From a virus (Duplodnaviria; Caudoviricetes), in IMG/VR virus record IMGVR_UViG_3300027780_000034, positions 1 through 34,388 of that record: a stretch of DNA of 34,388 bases. One strand, given 5' to 3'. Numbering within the stretch: position 1 is the first letter of the stretch; each line of letters starts with the position of its first letter. This document shows, in pieces, positions 8,232 to 17,841 of this stretch. Position numbers and translations under genes: made by a program. The notes beneath the pieces are model-generated. The model was not told the DNA's origin. It saw only the letters and a program-made list of their open reading frames with translations, and did not search any database.

Positions 8232-8950
8232 AGTTTTATCTTTTTAGTTTCTAAGTTGTAATGTTGTTTCTGTAGGATGTAGGCTAGTCGTGCTGTGAGT
8301 AGGGCATCATCTTCTGTGAGGTCATGCTTCTTATACTCATCAACAACGGTCTTCCACGTAGCACCATTCTTATCTAATATCTTTTCTGCGGTCTTAATGC
8401 CAACACCCTTGAGACCTTTGTATCCATCAATAGCGTCACCCGTGAGTGTCTGAATAAGGTGGAAGCGTTTAGCTTGTTTTAACTTTGTAGTAGTGACCTC
8501 ATCCTTCAAGTGGTTATACCAAGTGATGGGCAGTGTACCGAAGTCCTTGTCACCGCTCACCGCTATGGTATCCTTGGGGTTCCTAGTGCAGAGAACACCG
8601 ATGAGGTCATCAGCTTCTAAGTCATTGACAATCAACCCGTTGTGATAGTCATACATATACTCAGTTAATCCCTTGATGCCCAACGGCTTACGCTTGTCGG
8701 AACGGTTAGCCTTGTAGGCTGGATAGAGGTCATGACGGAAGTTAGTCTTACTACTAATGCACGTAATGTAATCAGTAGCTTTTAACTTCTTCATGATACC
8801 CTCAACGAGTTCGTCTACCTTTGCGGTAGCGGCTGCCTCTGAAGAATGAAGTGTCCATATATCATCATCCCATTTAGTTTCCACCTCTGATGAAAACGCT
8901 GCACGATATATAATCATATCGCCATCTATCATTATTGTTTTACCGCTCAT
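8213..8950 (-). CDS. 5'-3' exonuclease (T7 gp6-like)
   Basis: IDGD, FRHDLYPAYKANR, LEADD, SGDKD, GDAIDGYKG motifs. Confidence 0.95.
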   Translation of the reverse strand: MSGKTIMIDGDMIIYRAAFSSEVETKWDDDIWTLHSSEAAATAKVDELVEGIMKKLKATDYITCISSKTNFRHDLYPAYKANRSDKRKPLGIKGLTEYMYDYHNGLIVNDLEADDLIGVLCTRNPKDTIAVSGDKDFGTLPITWYNHLKDEVTTTKLKQAKRFHLIQTLTGDAIDGYKGLKGVGIKTAEKILDKNGATWKTVVDEYKKHDLTEDDALLTARLAYILQKQHYNLETKKIKLWTPRK

Positions 8951-9096
8951 ATTTCTTTTTTGAATGTTTCTAGTTTGGTTATAAGTTTGACTAAGTGAAT
9001 ACGCTGTAGCTCTAGACTACTGAGAGTTTGTTTAAGCTCATCAATCTTAACTTCTAAACCCAGCACAATAGATTCTTTTACTAAGTGTTCAGCCAT
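8947..9096 (-). CDS. Small coiled-coil hypothetical protein (49 aa)
   Basis: Manual translation MAEHLVKESIVLGLEVKIDELKQTLSSLELQRIHLVKLITKLETFKKEI; TAATG and ATGA overlaps on both sides. Confidence 0.7.
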   Translation of the reverse strand: MAEHLVKESIVLGLEVKIDELKQTLSSLELQRIHLVKLITKLETFKKEI

Positions 9097-10895
9097 TAGT
9101 GTGTATCCTTCCAGTTGTTTCCTGATTTGTATTCACCATCGAGAGGACACTTGAAGTTCAAGTCATCACCTGCTTTGGTAATTGCTTTGACAAATAACTC
9201 TCCAAGAACTGGAGCATCCTTAGCGTCGCAACTAAACTGCACCTCATCGTGAACATTGGCGTGCATCTCATAAGGCTTGGTTGCTTCTGCTACAAAGTTC
9301 ACTAGGGCTTGTTTCATTATGACTGCACCTGCTGACTGCAATAGTAAGTTGAGTGCTGAGTGGGCTGAACGACAAGGTAACCTGCGTCCATCAAGACCGA
9401 TGAGTGAACCGACTGATGTGACCTTAGCTTCGACTGCTGTTACTAGCTTGCTGTATGCTGGTAGGTTCTTCTTGAAGTTACCCTTGAGACGCTTGCCTTC
9501 CTTAGAACTACCACCAACAATAGAACCAATCTTGGCATCACCTGCACCATACAGTGTGGCATAGATGAAAGTCTTAGCTTGGTCTCTTGTCTCTAGTCCT
9601 GCTGCTTTTTGATTAGCAGTGTGGATGTCACCTTCAAGGATAGTCTTAGCATACTTACCGTTGTCCCATGGGTATAGATAGTGGGCAAGACATCGTAGTT
9701 CTAAACCACTAGCGTCACATCCTACTAATACTTTACCCTTTGGTGCAGTAAATAGTTCTCTACACTCACCACCATAGGGACTGCGGACGGATGGTACTTG
9801 AGCTACGTTTGGTGATTGATGAGTGCATCGACCACTGATAGCACCATTAGTATTTATACCACCATGTATCTTACCCTCACGCTCTAACTTAATCCAAGCT
9901 TGGTTACCTTCCATGAGTTGTCCAAGTCTTTTGGAGATGGTCAAGAACTGTAATAGTTTGAGAGACTCCTCAGTGTTAATGTCCTTAAGAACGCTTTCAT
10001 TTATAGCAGGGCGCTTACCATCAAACGCGGCAGGCTTCCATCCTTGTTCCATTAGCCTAGTAGAGATTTGGTCGCGACTGTTGGGGTTGAATGGAATAGC
10101 TTTAGTTTTAAGGTCTCCCTTAACGCACTCGTTAGCTTTGTAGCCTACCTCTAGCATAGATTTCTTGGTAGGAAAGGGGTCACCATTTAGGTTCTGCCAT
10201 TGGAAACTTTTAGTTTTTTCAATGACAGGAGGGAAAGCTTTTTGTAGCTCTGTCTCTATCTCGCACCTCTCAAGCATCAGTCTCTCCATAAGTTCAACAG
10301 CTTTTCTATTATCAAAAGGAAACCCGTTGTATTCTTGGAGACGCATTTGGGTAGCGAACTTATGCTCAAGCTCTATCATTTGTTCTGATGGATGTCTGCA
10401 CTTTAACCACAGATACAAAGCAGAAGTCACACGAACATCTTGCTCGCAGTAATCTTGCATCTCTTGTGTCCACTGTGACCAGTCCGCTGTCTCACCATAG
10501 TTATCCTTGAGGATACCTAGTCGAGTTCCCCAAGCCTTGAGTGAGTGTGAGCCTATTAGCTTAGTGTCAAAGTCTACACGCTTGAAGTCATCGTTGCGTA
10601 CATCTGGAAAGATGCACCGAGCTAACACCAAGGTGTCTATCACGTTGTCGTGAGTGAACCCATATAACTTCCGTAGGGCAGGGACATCAAACCCTATGAC
10701 GTTGTGTCCTACAATAGTATTAGCGTTCTTTAACTTCTCAAGTCCTTCTTCAATGTTACCCGCTACTGTGCTGTAACTGCTCATCTCTTGAGTGTATGAC
10801 TCGTAGATGGATAAACAATGTAGTGTGTCTAGGTCACTGAGTGTTGCCCAGTTTTTAATTCCGTTTGTTTCTATATCAAATGTCAGTGTGTTCAT
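9096..10895 (-). CDS. Family A DNA polymerase (T7 gp5-like)
   Basis: Exo motifs FDIETNG, GHNVIGFD, YCEQDV; pol motifs DASGLELR, RDQAKTFIY, VHDE. Confidence 0.97.
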   Translation of the reverse strand: MNTLTFDIETNGIKNWATLSDLDTLHCLSIYESYTQEMSSYSTVAGNIEEGLEKLKNANTIVGHNVIGFDVPALRKLYGFTHDNVIDTLVLARCIFPDVRNDDFKRVDFDTKLIGSHSLKAWGTRLGILKDNYGETADWSQWTQEMQDYCEQDVRVTSALYLWLKCRHPSEQMIELEHKFATQMRLQEYNGFPFDNRKAVELMERLMLERCEIETELQKAFPPVIEKTKSFQWQNLNGDPFPTKKSMLEVGYKANECVKGDLKTKAIPFNPNSRDQISTRLMEQGWKPAAFDGKRPAINESVLKDINTEESLKLLQFLTISKRLGQLMEGNQAWIKLEREGKIHGGINTNGAISGRCTHQSPNVAQVPSVRSPYGGECRELFTAPKGKVLVGCDASGLELRCLAHYLYPWDNGKYAKTILEGDIHTANQKAAGLETRDQAKTFIYATLYGAGDAKIGSIVGGSSKEGKRLKGNFKKNLPAYSKLVTAVEAKVTSVGSLIGLDGRRLPCRSAHSALNLLLQSAGAVIMKQALVNFVAEATKPYEMHANVHDEVQFSCDAKDAPVLGELFVKAITKAGDDLNFKCPLDGEYKSGNNWKDTH

Positions 10896-11245
10896 TTCAA
10901 TTCCGTTAATCGTTCTAGTGGTAAGAGGATGCCCTTGCTGGAGTTCTTATCTCCACCTCGTTTATCCATACTGCTTCCCTTCATGGGTTCTATTATCTCT
11001 TTGAGTTTGGTTGTCTCAATAAAGATGAAAAGATTCTCGAACGCAAAGCACCAGTAGTCTGCCTCGGAGCGAGAGATACCAGAGGGCTTGCCCCTTGATT
11101 CATATTCAATATATAGGTTGCCAGTAGTCTTTGCTTTAAGGTCTCTTTTGACCTCAATCTTTTTGTCTTGTAAAAGGTCAGCAACTTGCTTCTCAGCAAC
11201 TTGTCCCACCTTGAGGTCGTATCTGAAGTTTGAACAATATTCCAT
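10892..11245 (-). CDS. Hypothetical protein, PD-(D/E)xK nuclease-like
   Basis: E...KIEVKRD...TGNLYIEY...PSGI...ADYW pattern. Confidence 0.55.
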   Translation of the reverse strand: MEYCSNFRYDLKVGQVAEKQVADLLQDKKIEVKRDLKAKTTGNLYIEYESRGKPSGISRSEADYWCFAFENLFIFIETTKLKEIIEPMKGSSMDKRGGDKNSSKGILLPLERLTELK

Positions 11246-11248
11246 AAT

Positions 11249-12832
11249 TTAAAAGTAATTTTCACCTGTCTCTCCCTCTATAAACTTTTCCTCTGTTAGT
11301 CTTCCTGTCTCCACTTGCCACCTTAAGTTGCAAGCAACACCAGTATCACCACTGAATCTATTCTTCAGGACTCTTACTGATGTGAGATGTTTACTCTCTA
11401 CGTCTTGTTGGTTCCGCTCTAAACCAATAACCATATCGGAGAGTTGTGCGATACCAGCCGACCCACGTAGTTGTGCTACCGATGTGGTTGCACCGTCCTC
11501 GTGTCCTCTACCTTCAGGTCGCTTCAAGTGACTGACAAGTATGACACCTATCTTACACTCCTCAACCAAGGCACGAAGCTTGGTCATTAGGTTGTCTATC
11601 ATTCTACGCTCATCACCTTCAGAGCTACCTGAGATAACGATTGAGATGTGGTCGAGAACGATGTACTCAACATCTAATGACTTAGCCATGTAGCGGATGT
11701 GACCAACTAGTTTGTCCCCTTCGATGGAACCCCAGTGGTCATACAAAAAGAACCTACCGTTACCTACAGTGGCTTCGTAGGCTGCTCTGTATTCTTCGTT
11801 ATCATCGAAGTTATCTAGGTGTAATAATTTATTGAGATGTAAACCAATGATACCATTGCCAGTTCTCTCAACACTTTCTTCTAGTGCAATGTATCCTATC
11901 TTCTTATCGGTGGTGGTCAGTATGTTGTAAGCTACCTCTTTACATATCTGTGACTTACCAATACCACTACCAGCACAGAAGGTAATTATCTCACCTGTGC
12001 GGATACCTCTTGTCATTTTGTTCAAGCCCTCAAAAGGATAAGGGATAGACTCAAAGTTCTTAGGTGAGGTAAGCCTTTCATATAACTCATCTCCACCTAC
12101 GATTGCATCCAGTCCCCACACCTTGGCGTTCCATATAGCCTTTAGTATTTCTTTGGGCTGCTCGGCTAACAACAGTTCATTAGCATCCTTCATGGGTAGG
12201 TTAGCAATCTTACATTTACCTGCTGGTATAATGTGAGCGACATCTTCCATGCCCTGCTTGCCCGCCTCATCAGAGTCAAACATAAGCACAATCTCTTCAA
12301 ACTTATTCAACCATTCAAGTTGACGTTTGAATAATGACTTAGCGCTCTGCACTCCTGAGCTAAGAGAAACCACTTCCCAAGTGTTATTCTGAACCTGACT
12401 AACTGTAAGACAATCTATCTCACCCTCGGTAATTACTAATCGTTTACCACCATTGGGGAATAGGTGCTGTCCGAAGAAGTGAGTAGGAGAACCGTTACAC
12501 TTAAACTTCTTATCAGCGTAACGATATTTTTGGGCAACGACTTTTTTATTTAAGTCACAATAGTTGGCGATGTGGACGGTCTGTCCATTAACTTCTCCTA
12601 TTCTATAGTTGTATTTCTTACAGGTCTCTTCATGAATACCTCTCTTGGGAAGTGGCATGATTTTACCCTTAACGAAATTGTCTTCTACCTCTCCAACAAC
12701 AGGGTCATTGGTGGAAGTAAAGTCACCACACGAATAACATTTAGTTGTTCCGTTGGTATTTAATGTAAGTGCGTCACTGCTGCCACAGTCTGGGCAAGGT
12801 TGGTGTGTTTTTAGTGGTGTTAAATCATCCAT
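11249..12832 (-). CDS. Primase-helicase (T7 gp4-like)
   Basis: Zn finger CPDC...CYSC, TOPRIM ITEGEID and FDSD, Walker A AGSGIGKS, VLDHISI, LRGSAGIAQLSD; start trimmed to MDDL. Confidence 0.97.
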   Translation of the reverse strand: MDDLTPLKTHQPCPDCGSSDALTLNTNGTTKCYSCGDFTSTNDPVVGEVEDNFVKGKIMPLPKRGIHEETCKKYNYRIGEVNGQTVHIANYCDLNKKVVAQKYRYADKKFKCNGSPTHFFGQHLFPNGGKRLVITEGEIDCLTVSQVQNNTWEVVSLSSGVQSAKSLFKRQLEWLNKFEEIVLMFDSDEAGKQGMEDVAHIIPAGKCKIANLPMKDANELLLAEQPKEILKAIWNAKVWGLDAIVGGDELYERLTSPKNFESIPYPFEGLNKMTRGIRTGEIITFCAGSGIGKSQICKEVAYNILTTTDKKIGYIALEESVERTGNGIIGLHLNKLLHLDNFDDNEEYRAAYEATVGNGRFFLYDHWGSIEGDKLVGHIRYMAKSLDVEYIVLDHISIVISGSSEGDERRMIDNLMTKLRALVEECKIGVILVSHLKRPEGRGHEDGATTSVAQLRGSAGIAQLSDMVIGLERNQQDVESKHLTSVRVLKNRFSGDTGVACNLRWQVETGRLTEEKFIEGETGENYF

Positions 12833-13203
12833 GTGTTTGGTATTTCTTTGTGACACCACATGAATCCATGAGTGTCACACCATTGTGCGTATGTTGTTTT
12901 ACTCTTTCGACTAAGAGTGTTGTGTGCGTTCTGAAATACAAATCTGATGTCCAACTCTGGATGACACTCTTTAACGAGCTTGTGTTTCGTCCTGTCGCTG
13001 GGTAGAAAATAACCTTTAACTTCAAGTATTACTCCATTAGGTAAAATAAAATCAGGTTTGTAGTGGCTTGTCCTATAATATTCCAATCGCAGAGTTTCGT
13101 AGGAGAAAGCAACCTTCGCATCTTTAAGTGCGCCAGCTACTCTCTCCTCGAAACCTGAACGATAGGGAGATTTAGAACGGTGCTGTTTCCGATGATGTCT
13201 CAT
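12820..13203 (-). CDS. Endonuclease I / Holliday junction resolvase (T7 gp3-like)
   Basis: YRSGFEERVA, YKPDFILPNGVILEVKG, PELDIRFVFQ; start trimmed to ATG 13203. Confidence 0.95.
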   Translation of the reverse strand: MRHHRKQHRSKSPYRSGFEERVAGALKDAKVAFSYETLRLEYYRTSHYKPDFILPNGVILEVKGYFLPSDRTKHKLVKECHPELDIRFVFQNAHNTLSRKSKTTYAQWCDTHGFMWCHKEIPNTWMI

Positions 13204-13768
13204 TCGTTTCCGTAAATGTTTCGTTGAAGGATTCCCCTGTATATCCCCCATCACTTTTACCGAAACCGTAGCTGTCAGAAGACCCACCACCATACTCAAC
13301 CAACTCCATAATTTGGATTGCCTTGAGGCGTAGTGTGTATCCGAACCCTTGACTTGGGATGAACCAGAAGTTTGGCTCAACAGCAAGTTTAAGTTCAGAA
13401 CCACTACCTACTTTTGGTGTGGCGATTTTACTTCCTTGGCTATCAAAGCAGACAACAGTGAACTCAATGAGTCCTCTTGTTTTAGTCTGCCTTTGAGCTA
13501 CCTGCTTGGCAAAAATCTCATAGTCCCCATCAGGAGTAATCCTTACTGGTTTGTTTACTGACTTCTTCAGCTTCTTACCATGAGCTTTGCACTCAGCGTC
13601 GAACGCTGCGTCATATAATTTATCGATGCCCAACTCAAAAGCTTTGAAGTCGTCCTCACTGATGTGAAGCTTGCAAGAGTACAAGCCGTCTTCGTTGAAC
13701 TTAGTGTCAGGTGTATCGATACGTGGGTAAACTGCTTTACCCTGTGGTGTTGTTATTGTATTTGCCAT
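13172..13768 (-). CDS. ssb: Single-stranded DNA-binding protein (T7 gp2.5-like)
   Basis: TTPQGKAVYPRI..PDTKF, VGSGSELK, LRLKAIQI, acidic C-terminus ending in F. Confidence 0.9.
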   Translation of the reverse strand: MANTITTPQGKAVYPRIDTPDTKFNEDGLYSCKLHISEDDFKAFELGIDKLYDAAFDAECKAHGKKLKKSVNKPVRITPDGDYEIFAKQVAQRQTKTRGLIEFTVVCFDSQGSKIATPKVGSGSELKLAVEPNFWFIPSQGFGYTLRLKAIQIMELVEYGGGSSDSYGFGKSDGGYTGESFNETFTETNETSSETAPF

Positions 13769-13809
13769 AATTTATTTGCGTTCCTTTCTGATTATTAGAA
13801 TTAATTGCA

Positions 13810-16233
13810 TTAGCTAAAAAAGTATTCACTGTCCTTGAGTTGTGTGAGGTCAGCGTTCCCGTAGGCAGGCGGGTCTGGGAATGTTATGTCGATGTTGTTA
13901 ACTTCTAATTGATGTTTCCAATCTTGGAGGAGGTCAACACTAAACATCTCATAGAAGACATTGCGTATAACCTTACTCATCTTGTCGCAGTTCGTTGAGT
14001 GCGTTCCATAGCTGTCATGCACCATACTGAAATCGTATATGTCTTCTTGTTGGTTACACTGAATGACTGACTTGTGTAACGCAGCGCCATCTAGTGCATG
14101 AACAAAGTTAGGACTGACACCATTGGATTGTTTCCTTGATGAGATTTCATCCTTGGTATCATAGAAGGTTACGTGTGTAGCAGTGCCACCAATCCAAGTG
14201 CTTATCTTTTTCTCGTGTAACTTGTGATACTCTTGATGCACTGGGAAACCACTTGGACTTACCCAACTCATTGGACGTTGTTTTTCTGAGATGAGTCTAG
14301 AACATTCTTGGAACCACTGCATACACTGCTTAGGTCTATCTAGGACTGACTCAATACCATCCCATACAAGTGTAGATAGATAGTGGATGGCTTTATACTT
14401 TATGCCTTCGTCAAAGCGTGGCTTGGTTTTATCTTTATGAATAGTCTCGTCATACCAGTCATTGATGTAGGCACGATTAGAGTATGGTGTAAGACCATAG
14501 CTGTAACACATGACAGGACGCTTAGTTGTCTTGCGGTCTAACCCAAAGTCTAACCATTGCTGACTGAACGCAACGCCTTGTTGCAGGTCTATCTTAAGTT
14601 GCTCAACAACCTTGTCGGATACCACTCGGTAGATGTCAGCAGGTGTGCTGGTTGGGAGAACATTAGTTGCTTGCATCCCATACTCATCACGAGTGAGCAT
14701 TGAAAGTATCTGCAATCCATTGTTGGTGGCATCCATGTTCACAGGTAAGAAGCTATCTATCTTCTTGTTGACCATGTAGTTACGCCACTCAAAGCACCAC
14801 GCTAAGAACTGCCAAGGACTGGCTGCCTCTGTCCACAGTAGGTGGTCGGTAGGATTCTGGGCAATGTCGATTGCTATCTTGCCAAAGTCGTAAGCCCACT
14901 TAACGCGGTCATCAAGTGATACCTTATCATTACCAAAGGTGTTCGCTCCGTGTATGGCTAACCAACGTGCATCCTTCTCGTTCTTAATCTTACAAGACCG
15001 ATAGAACTGCAAGAGTCCTCGTGACATATCAGTGCCTTGAATACCAAGGAAAGCAGGGACGTTGTAAACCCTACCTCTGAAGTCACAGTTACTAGGATAG
15101 AAGAAACGATTACCTTTTAGTTTCTCTGCTACATATAAAGTCTTGGACGTGAGCAGTCTCTTACTACGTGTCGATAGGTTGCGACCATAGATACCTGCGG
15201 CAGTCCTTCTCCATGTAGTATTACTATCAGGGTTGTCATGAAAGTCACTAGGAATATCTGGTAGTTCTTCATCCTCTCGGCTAGGTAGCTCACCCACTTG
15301 CACATTGTTTTTCCAAGCCCAGTCCATCACCTTGTAAACATTATCGTTCACTGTCCAAGGTGTATTCTGAATAAGGTTACACGCTTCCATCGGTTCTTCT
15401 AGCTTACCTTTGATGGAACGAATGTAATCCATGTTAGTGGACTTGATAAATGGAAGTTTGGGAAGATAGGTGTCGGAGGAGCTGTACCCACCTTCCCAAA
15501 CAGACTGCCAAGGTGTTGGGAGTTCCACGCTTGGTAGCCAGAACGGTTCGAGGAGTTCACGGTCGGTGTTATAATCCTCAATCCATTGTAGTGTTTCTTT
15601 CGTTGCCGTTACATATCTAGTTGGGGACTTCTTCTTGCGCTTCCCATCTTGAACATAGATATATTCTATTAACCCAGTGCTTACCCTGAGTATCTCTACT
15701 AAGTTTAGACCACAACTTAATCTATCTCGTTGTCTCCACCCCTCCCATTCTGGCATCAAACCCTTCTCGGTTTCATGGAGCATTGAACGTCTGATGTGCC
15801 GCCTTGTATTACCAAGACCACCTCGTTTACGCTTTGCACCCAAGATGATGCCTTCACCCTTTTCGTTGTTCTTAACTAAGAACGAACATCTTATTTCATC
15901 TTCAACTCGTGCGCCTACAAAGGCAGCTACGCTGCTCATTGGTTTACGCAAGGTAATGCTATCGATGACTGCCTTGATTGTTATGAACGCAATCACAGGT
16001 GCTTTAGCTTTTACAATATCAATCTGCCACCTAGCTTTAGTCTTTGGTTTCTTCCATGTGATAAAAGAATCTTCAATGGCTTTCGCTAGTAGTGGTAACG
16101 CTCCTCGCATCAATCTCTGCCCATACTTTGTCTCTCCCTCAACTTCACGCGCCTTGGCACTTTCGATTTTATTTCGATAGCGACCCTTGCCAATTTCTGA
16201 CATATCAGCGTTAAGTTTTTGTTGATTTAGCAT
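13810..16233 (-). CDS. Single-subunit DNA-directed RNA polymerase (T7 gp1-like)
   Basis: DFRGRVY, MDATNNGLQ, RKTTKRPVMCYSYG, PNFVHALD, VHDSYG. Confidence 0.98.
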   Translation of the reverse strand: MLNQQKLNADMSEIGKGRYRNKIESAKAREVEGETKYGQRLMRGALPLLAKAIEDSFITWKKPKTKARWQIDIVKAKAPVIAFITIKAVIDSITLRKPMSSVAAFVGARVEDEIRCSFLVKNNEKGEGIILGAKRKRGGLGNTRRHIRRSMLHETEKGLMPEWEGWRQRDRLSCGLNLVEILRVSTGLIEYIYVQDGKRKKKSPTRYVTATKETLQWIEDYNTDRELLEPFWLPSVELPTPWQSVWEGGYSSSDTYLPKLPFIKSTNMDYIRSIKGKLEEPMEACNLIQNTPWTVNDNVYKVMDWAWKNNVQVGELPSREDEELPDIPSDFHDNPDSNTTWRRTAAGIYGRNLSTRSKRLLTSKTLYVAEKLKGNRFFYPSNCDFRGRVYNVPAFLGIQGTDMSRGLLQFYRSCKIKNEKDARWLAIHGANTFGNDKVSLDDRVKWAYDFGKIAIDIAQNPTDHLLWTEAASPWQFLAWCFEWRNYMVNKKIDSFLPVNMDATNNGLQILSMLTRDEYGMQATNVLPTSTPADIYRVVSDKVVEQLKIDLQQGVAFSQQWLDFGLDRKTTKRPVMCYSYGLTPYSNRAYINDWYDETIHKDKTKPRFDEGIKYKAIHYLSTLVWDGIESVLDRPKQCMQWFQECSRLISEKQRPMSWVSPSGFPVHQEYHKLHEKKISTWIGGTATHVTFYDTKDEISSRKQSNGVSPNFVHALDGAALHKSVIQCNQQEDIYDFSMVHDSYGTHSTNCDKMSKVIRNVFYEMFSVDLLQDWKHQLEVNNIDITFPDPPAYGNADLTQLKDSEYFFS

Positions 16234-16273
16234 AAGTGTGATTGTCCCTATACGGACACCAAAATCAAATTAC

Positions 16274-16287
16274 TTTCATAAATGAAA
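16274..16287. promoter_or_regulatory. Palindromic operator-like site upstream of the RNAP gene
   Basis: TTTCATAAATGAAA; same TTTC-N5-TGAAA pattern as the two sites at 18272-18302. Confidence 0.6.
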
Positions 16288-16349
16288 TAGATATTTGGAC
16301 TAGTGTATAGGGTGAGTTTTATATAGTTTCAGATGTGTTATTAATTTAT

Positions 16350-16393
16350 CTAAATTCGTAGTCTAGTGCTCTATCCAGCTGAGCTACGAGCGC
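16350..16393 (-). other. attP core: 5' half of tRNA-Arg(ACG)
   Basis: Minus strand GCGCTCG-TA-GCTC-AGCTGGATA-GAGC-A-CTAGA-CTACGAA-TTTAG = acceptor 5' strand, D arm and anticodon arm; no T arm follows; lies between int and RNAP. Confidence 0.88.
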
Positions 16394-16527
16394 ATTTGGT
16401 ATTCTCTATTTAATTCAAGGACTTATACCTTAAAAGTCCATGACCAGAAAGTAAAAGCAGGGACAAAAATAGGTCATGATTGTCTGTGATTTGTCCGTGG
16501 TTTGTCCCTAACTTTTGTATTTTTATA

Positions 16528-16734
16528 TTAGTTAACGTCACTGTCGTTACCTTTATCAATTAATACTCGTTCACTGAGTCGTTTAATCTTAGACTTTAAA
16601 CCCTCGATGTCGTTATTAAGAGTCTCGTTTTGTTTTGTCAAGGCATCACAAGCCTTGGTCATAGAATTTAGTCCTCGTGTTAAAATACTTTCGGTATCAG
16701 GTGCGTATAGTGACTTACTTTTTTTTGCTGGCAT
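16528..16734 (-). CDS. Hypothetical coiled-coil protein
   Basis: ORF track; heptad-like C-terminal half. Confidence 0.7.
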   Translation of the reverse strand: MPAKKSKSLYAPDTESILTRGLNSMTKACDALTKQNETLNNDIEGLKSKIKRLSERVLIDKGNDSDVN

Positions 16735-16803
16735 TTTTAGTTTTAGGTTTGGTTTTAGGTGTCTTGCGTTTGGTCGCTTGCTTCAGTAGTATTGTGGATG
16801 TTC

Positions 16804-17841
16804 TCATAAAGTGTTTTCTTTTATTGAATTAAGTGCGTCTCGAGCGTCAAGTAAATTAGTCGGTATTAACTTAGCGTATATCAAAGTGGTTTGAATTGTC
16901 CTATGACCCATCCACTTCTGAACAACCGCTAGGCTTATACCTCGTTGCACCATTCGTGATGCACAGGTGTGACGTGTAAGGTAGAACACAAAGTCTTTAT
17001 CAGCAACGTGAGTGTGTCCTGAAGCTGCTCTAACCCAATCCCAGTTCTTTCTTATCTCTTGCTTGGTAAACTTAGCAAAAGGATAAACAGAACCATTGTC
17101 TAACTTTTGGTAGGCACTATATGCTTTTTCAGTTAAAGGCAGGGTGCGCGGTAACGTCGTGCCTGATACATCTTTAACCATTTTCACATCAACAACCCAT
17201 TCTAGCTGGTCATCTTTTCGTATATCCCTGCTATGTATGCCTCGTGCTTCGCTCGGTCTTATCCCTGTGTATAGTAAGAAGATGAAGAAGTTTTTGAAGT
17301 CTTTCTTACCATGCTCCGAAAGTAAATCTATTATAAGATTCTCGTCCTCTATGTTAAAAAACCTCAATCGTGCATTGTTTCCAACCTTTGGGCGGTCAAT
17401 CTTAGGTTTTACCTTGAGGTAACCGCGGTCGTTAGCAAATCGCATGCACTTACTAAGCGTCGATAGCTTACTGTTGACGGTCGATGGCTTGTTGCCCTTG
17501 TTTTGCAGGTGCATTATGAAATCATCAATCTTCTCAGTCGTGATGGAGTCCAAAGGTGTCATAGGAAGGAAGAACTTCTCAATAATCTTCATGTTTACTA
17601 GACTTAGTTCTTCGGTAGGCTTATTCTGCCAGTATTTAACAAAGGTTTTATCCATCATGTGACCTAGCGTGTATGCCTTTGCCTTTTCGACTGCCTCAAG
17701 AGGTTTCCCATACTGGTGCTGCCTACGTGTCTCTATTTCAAACGCTTGTGCATCTATCTCGGTGTCGAACTGTCTTTTGATACGCCTCCCGTCCAACATG
17801 AAGTCGGCTAGGAACTTATTGTGATTTACTCTTACTGCCAT
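16804..17841 (-). CDS. int: Tyrosine integrase
   Basis: YTGIRPSE (Arg I), YLTRHTCASR (Arg II), WMGH, TLIYAK (Tyr); NKPSTVNSKL core-binding region. Confidence 0.95.
   Translation of the reverse strand: MAVRVNHNKFLADFMLDGRRIKRQFDTEIDAQAFEIETRRQHQYGKPLEAVEKAKAYTLGHMMDKTFVKYWQNKPTEELSLVNMKIIEKFFLPMTPLDSITTEKIDDFIMHLQNKGNKPSTVNSKLSTLSKCMRFANDRGYLKVKPKIDRPKVGNNARLRFFNIEDENLIIDLLSEHGKKDFKNFFIFLLYTGIRPSEARGIHSRDIRKDDQLEWVVDVKMVKDVSGTTLPRTLPLTEKAYSAYQKLDNGSVYPFAKFTKQEIRKNWDWVRAASGHTHVADKDFVFYLTRHTCASRMVQRGISLAVVQKWMGHRTIQTTLIYAKLIPTNLLDARDALNSIKENTL

Larger units (their letters stand above)
16242..16509. repeat. Putative integrase arm-type sites flanking the att core
   Basis: TTGTCCST-like 8-mers: 16242-16249, inverted 16252-16259, inverted 16459-16466, and three direct copies at 16480, 16491, 16502 with 11-bp period. 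Confidence 0.7.

Noticed and set aside
16320-16393. Complete phage tRNA-Arg gene
   Set aside because: Sequence after the anticodon arm is AT-rich with no T arm (GTTCRA) and no acceptor 3' strand; better explained as an att core
16715-16730. Programmed -1 frameshift at A AAA AAG joining the 30-aa ORF to the 68-aa ORF
   Set aside because: The downstream ORF is in the +1 frame, so a -1 slip would not fuse them
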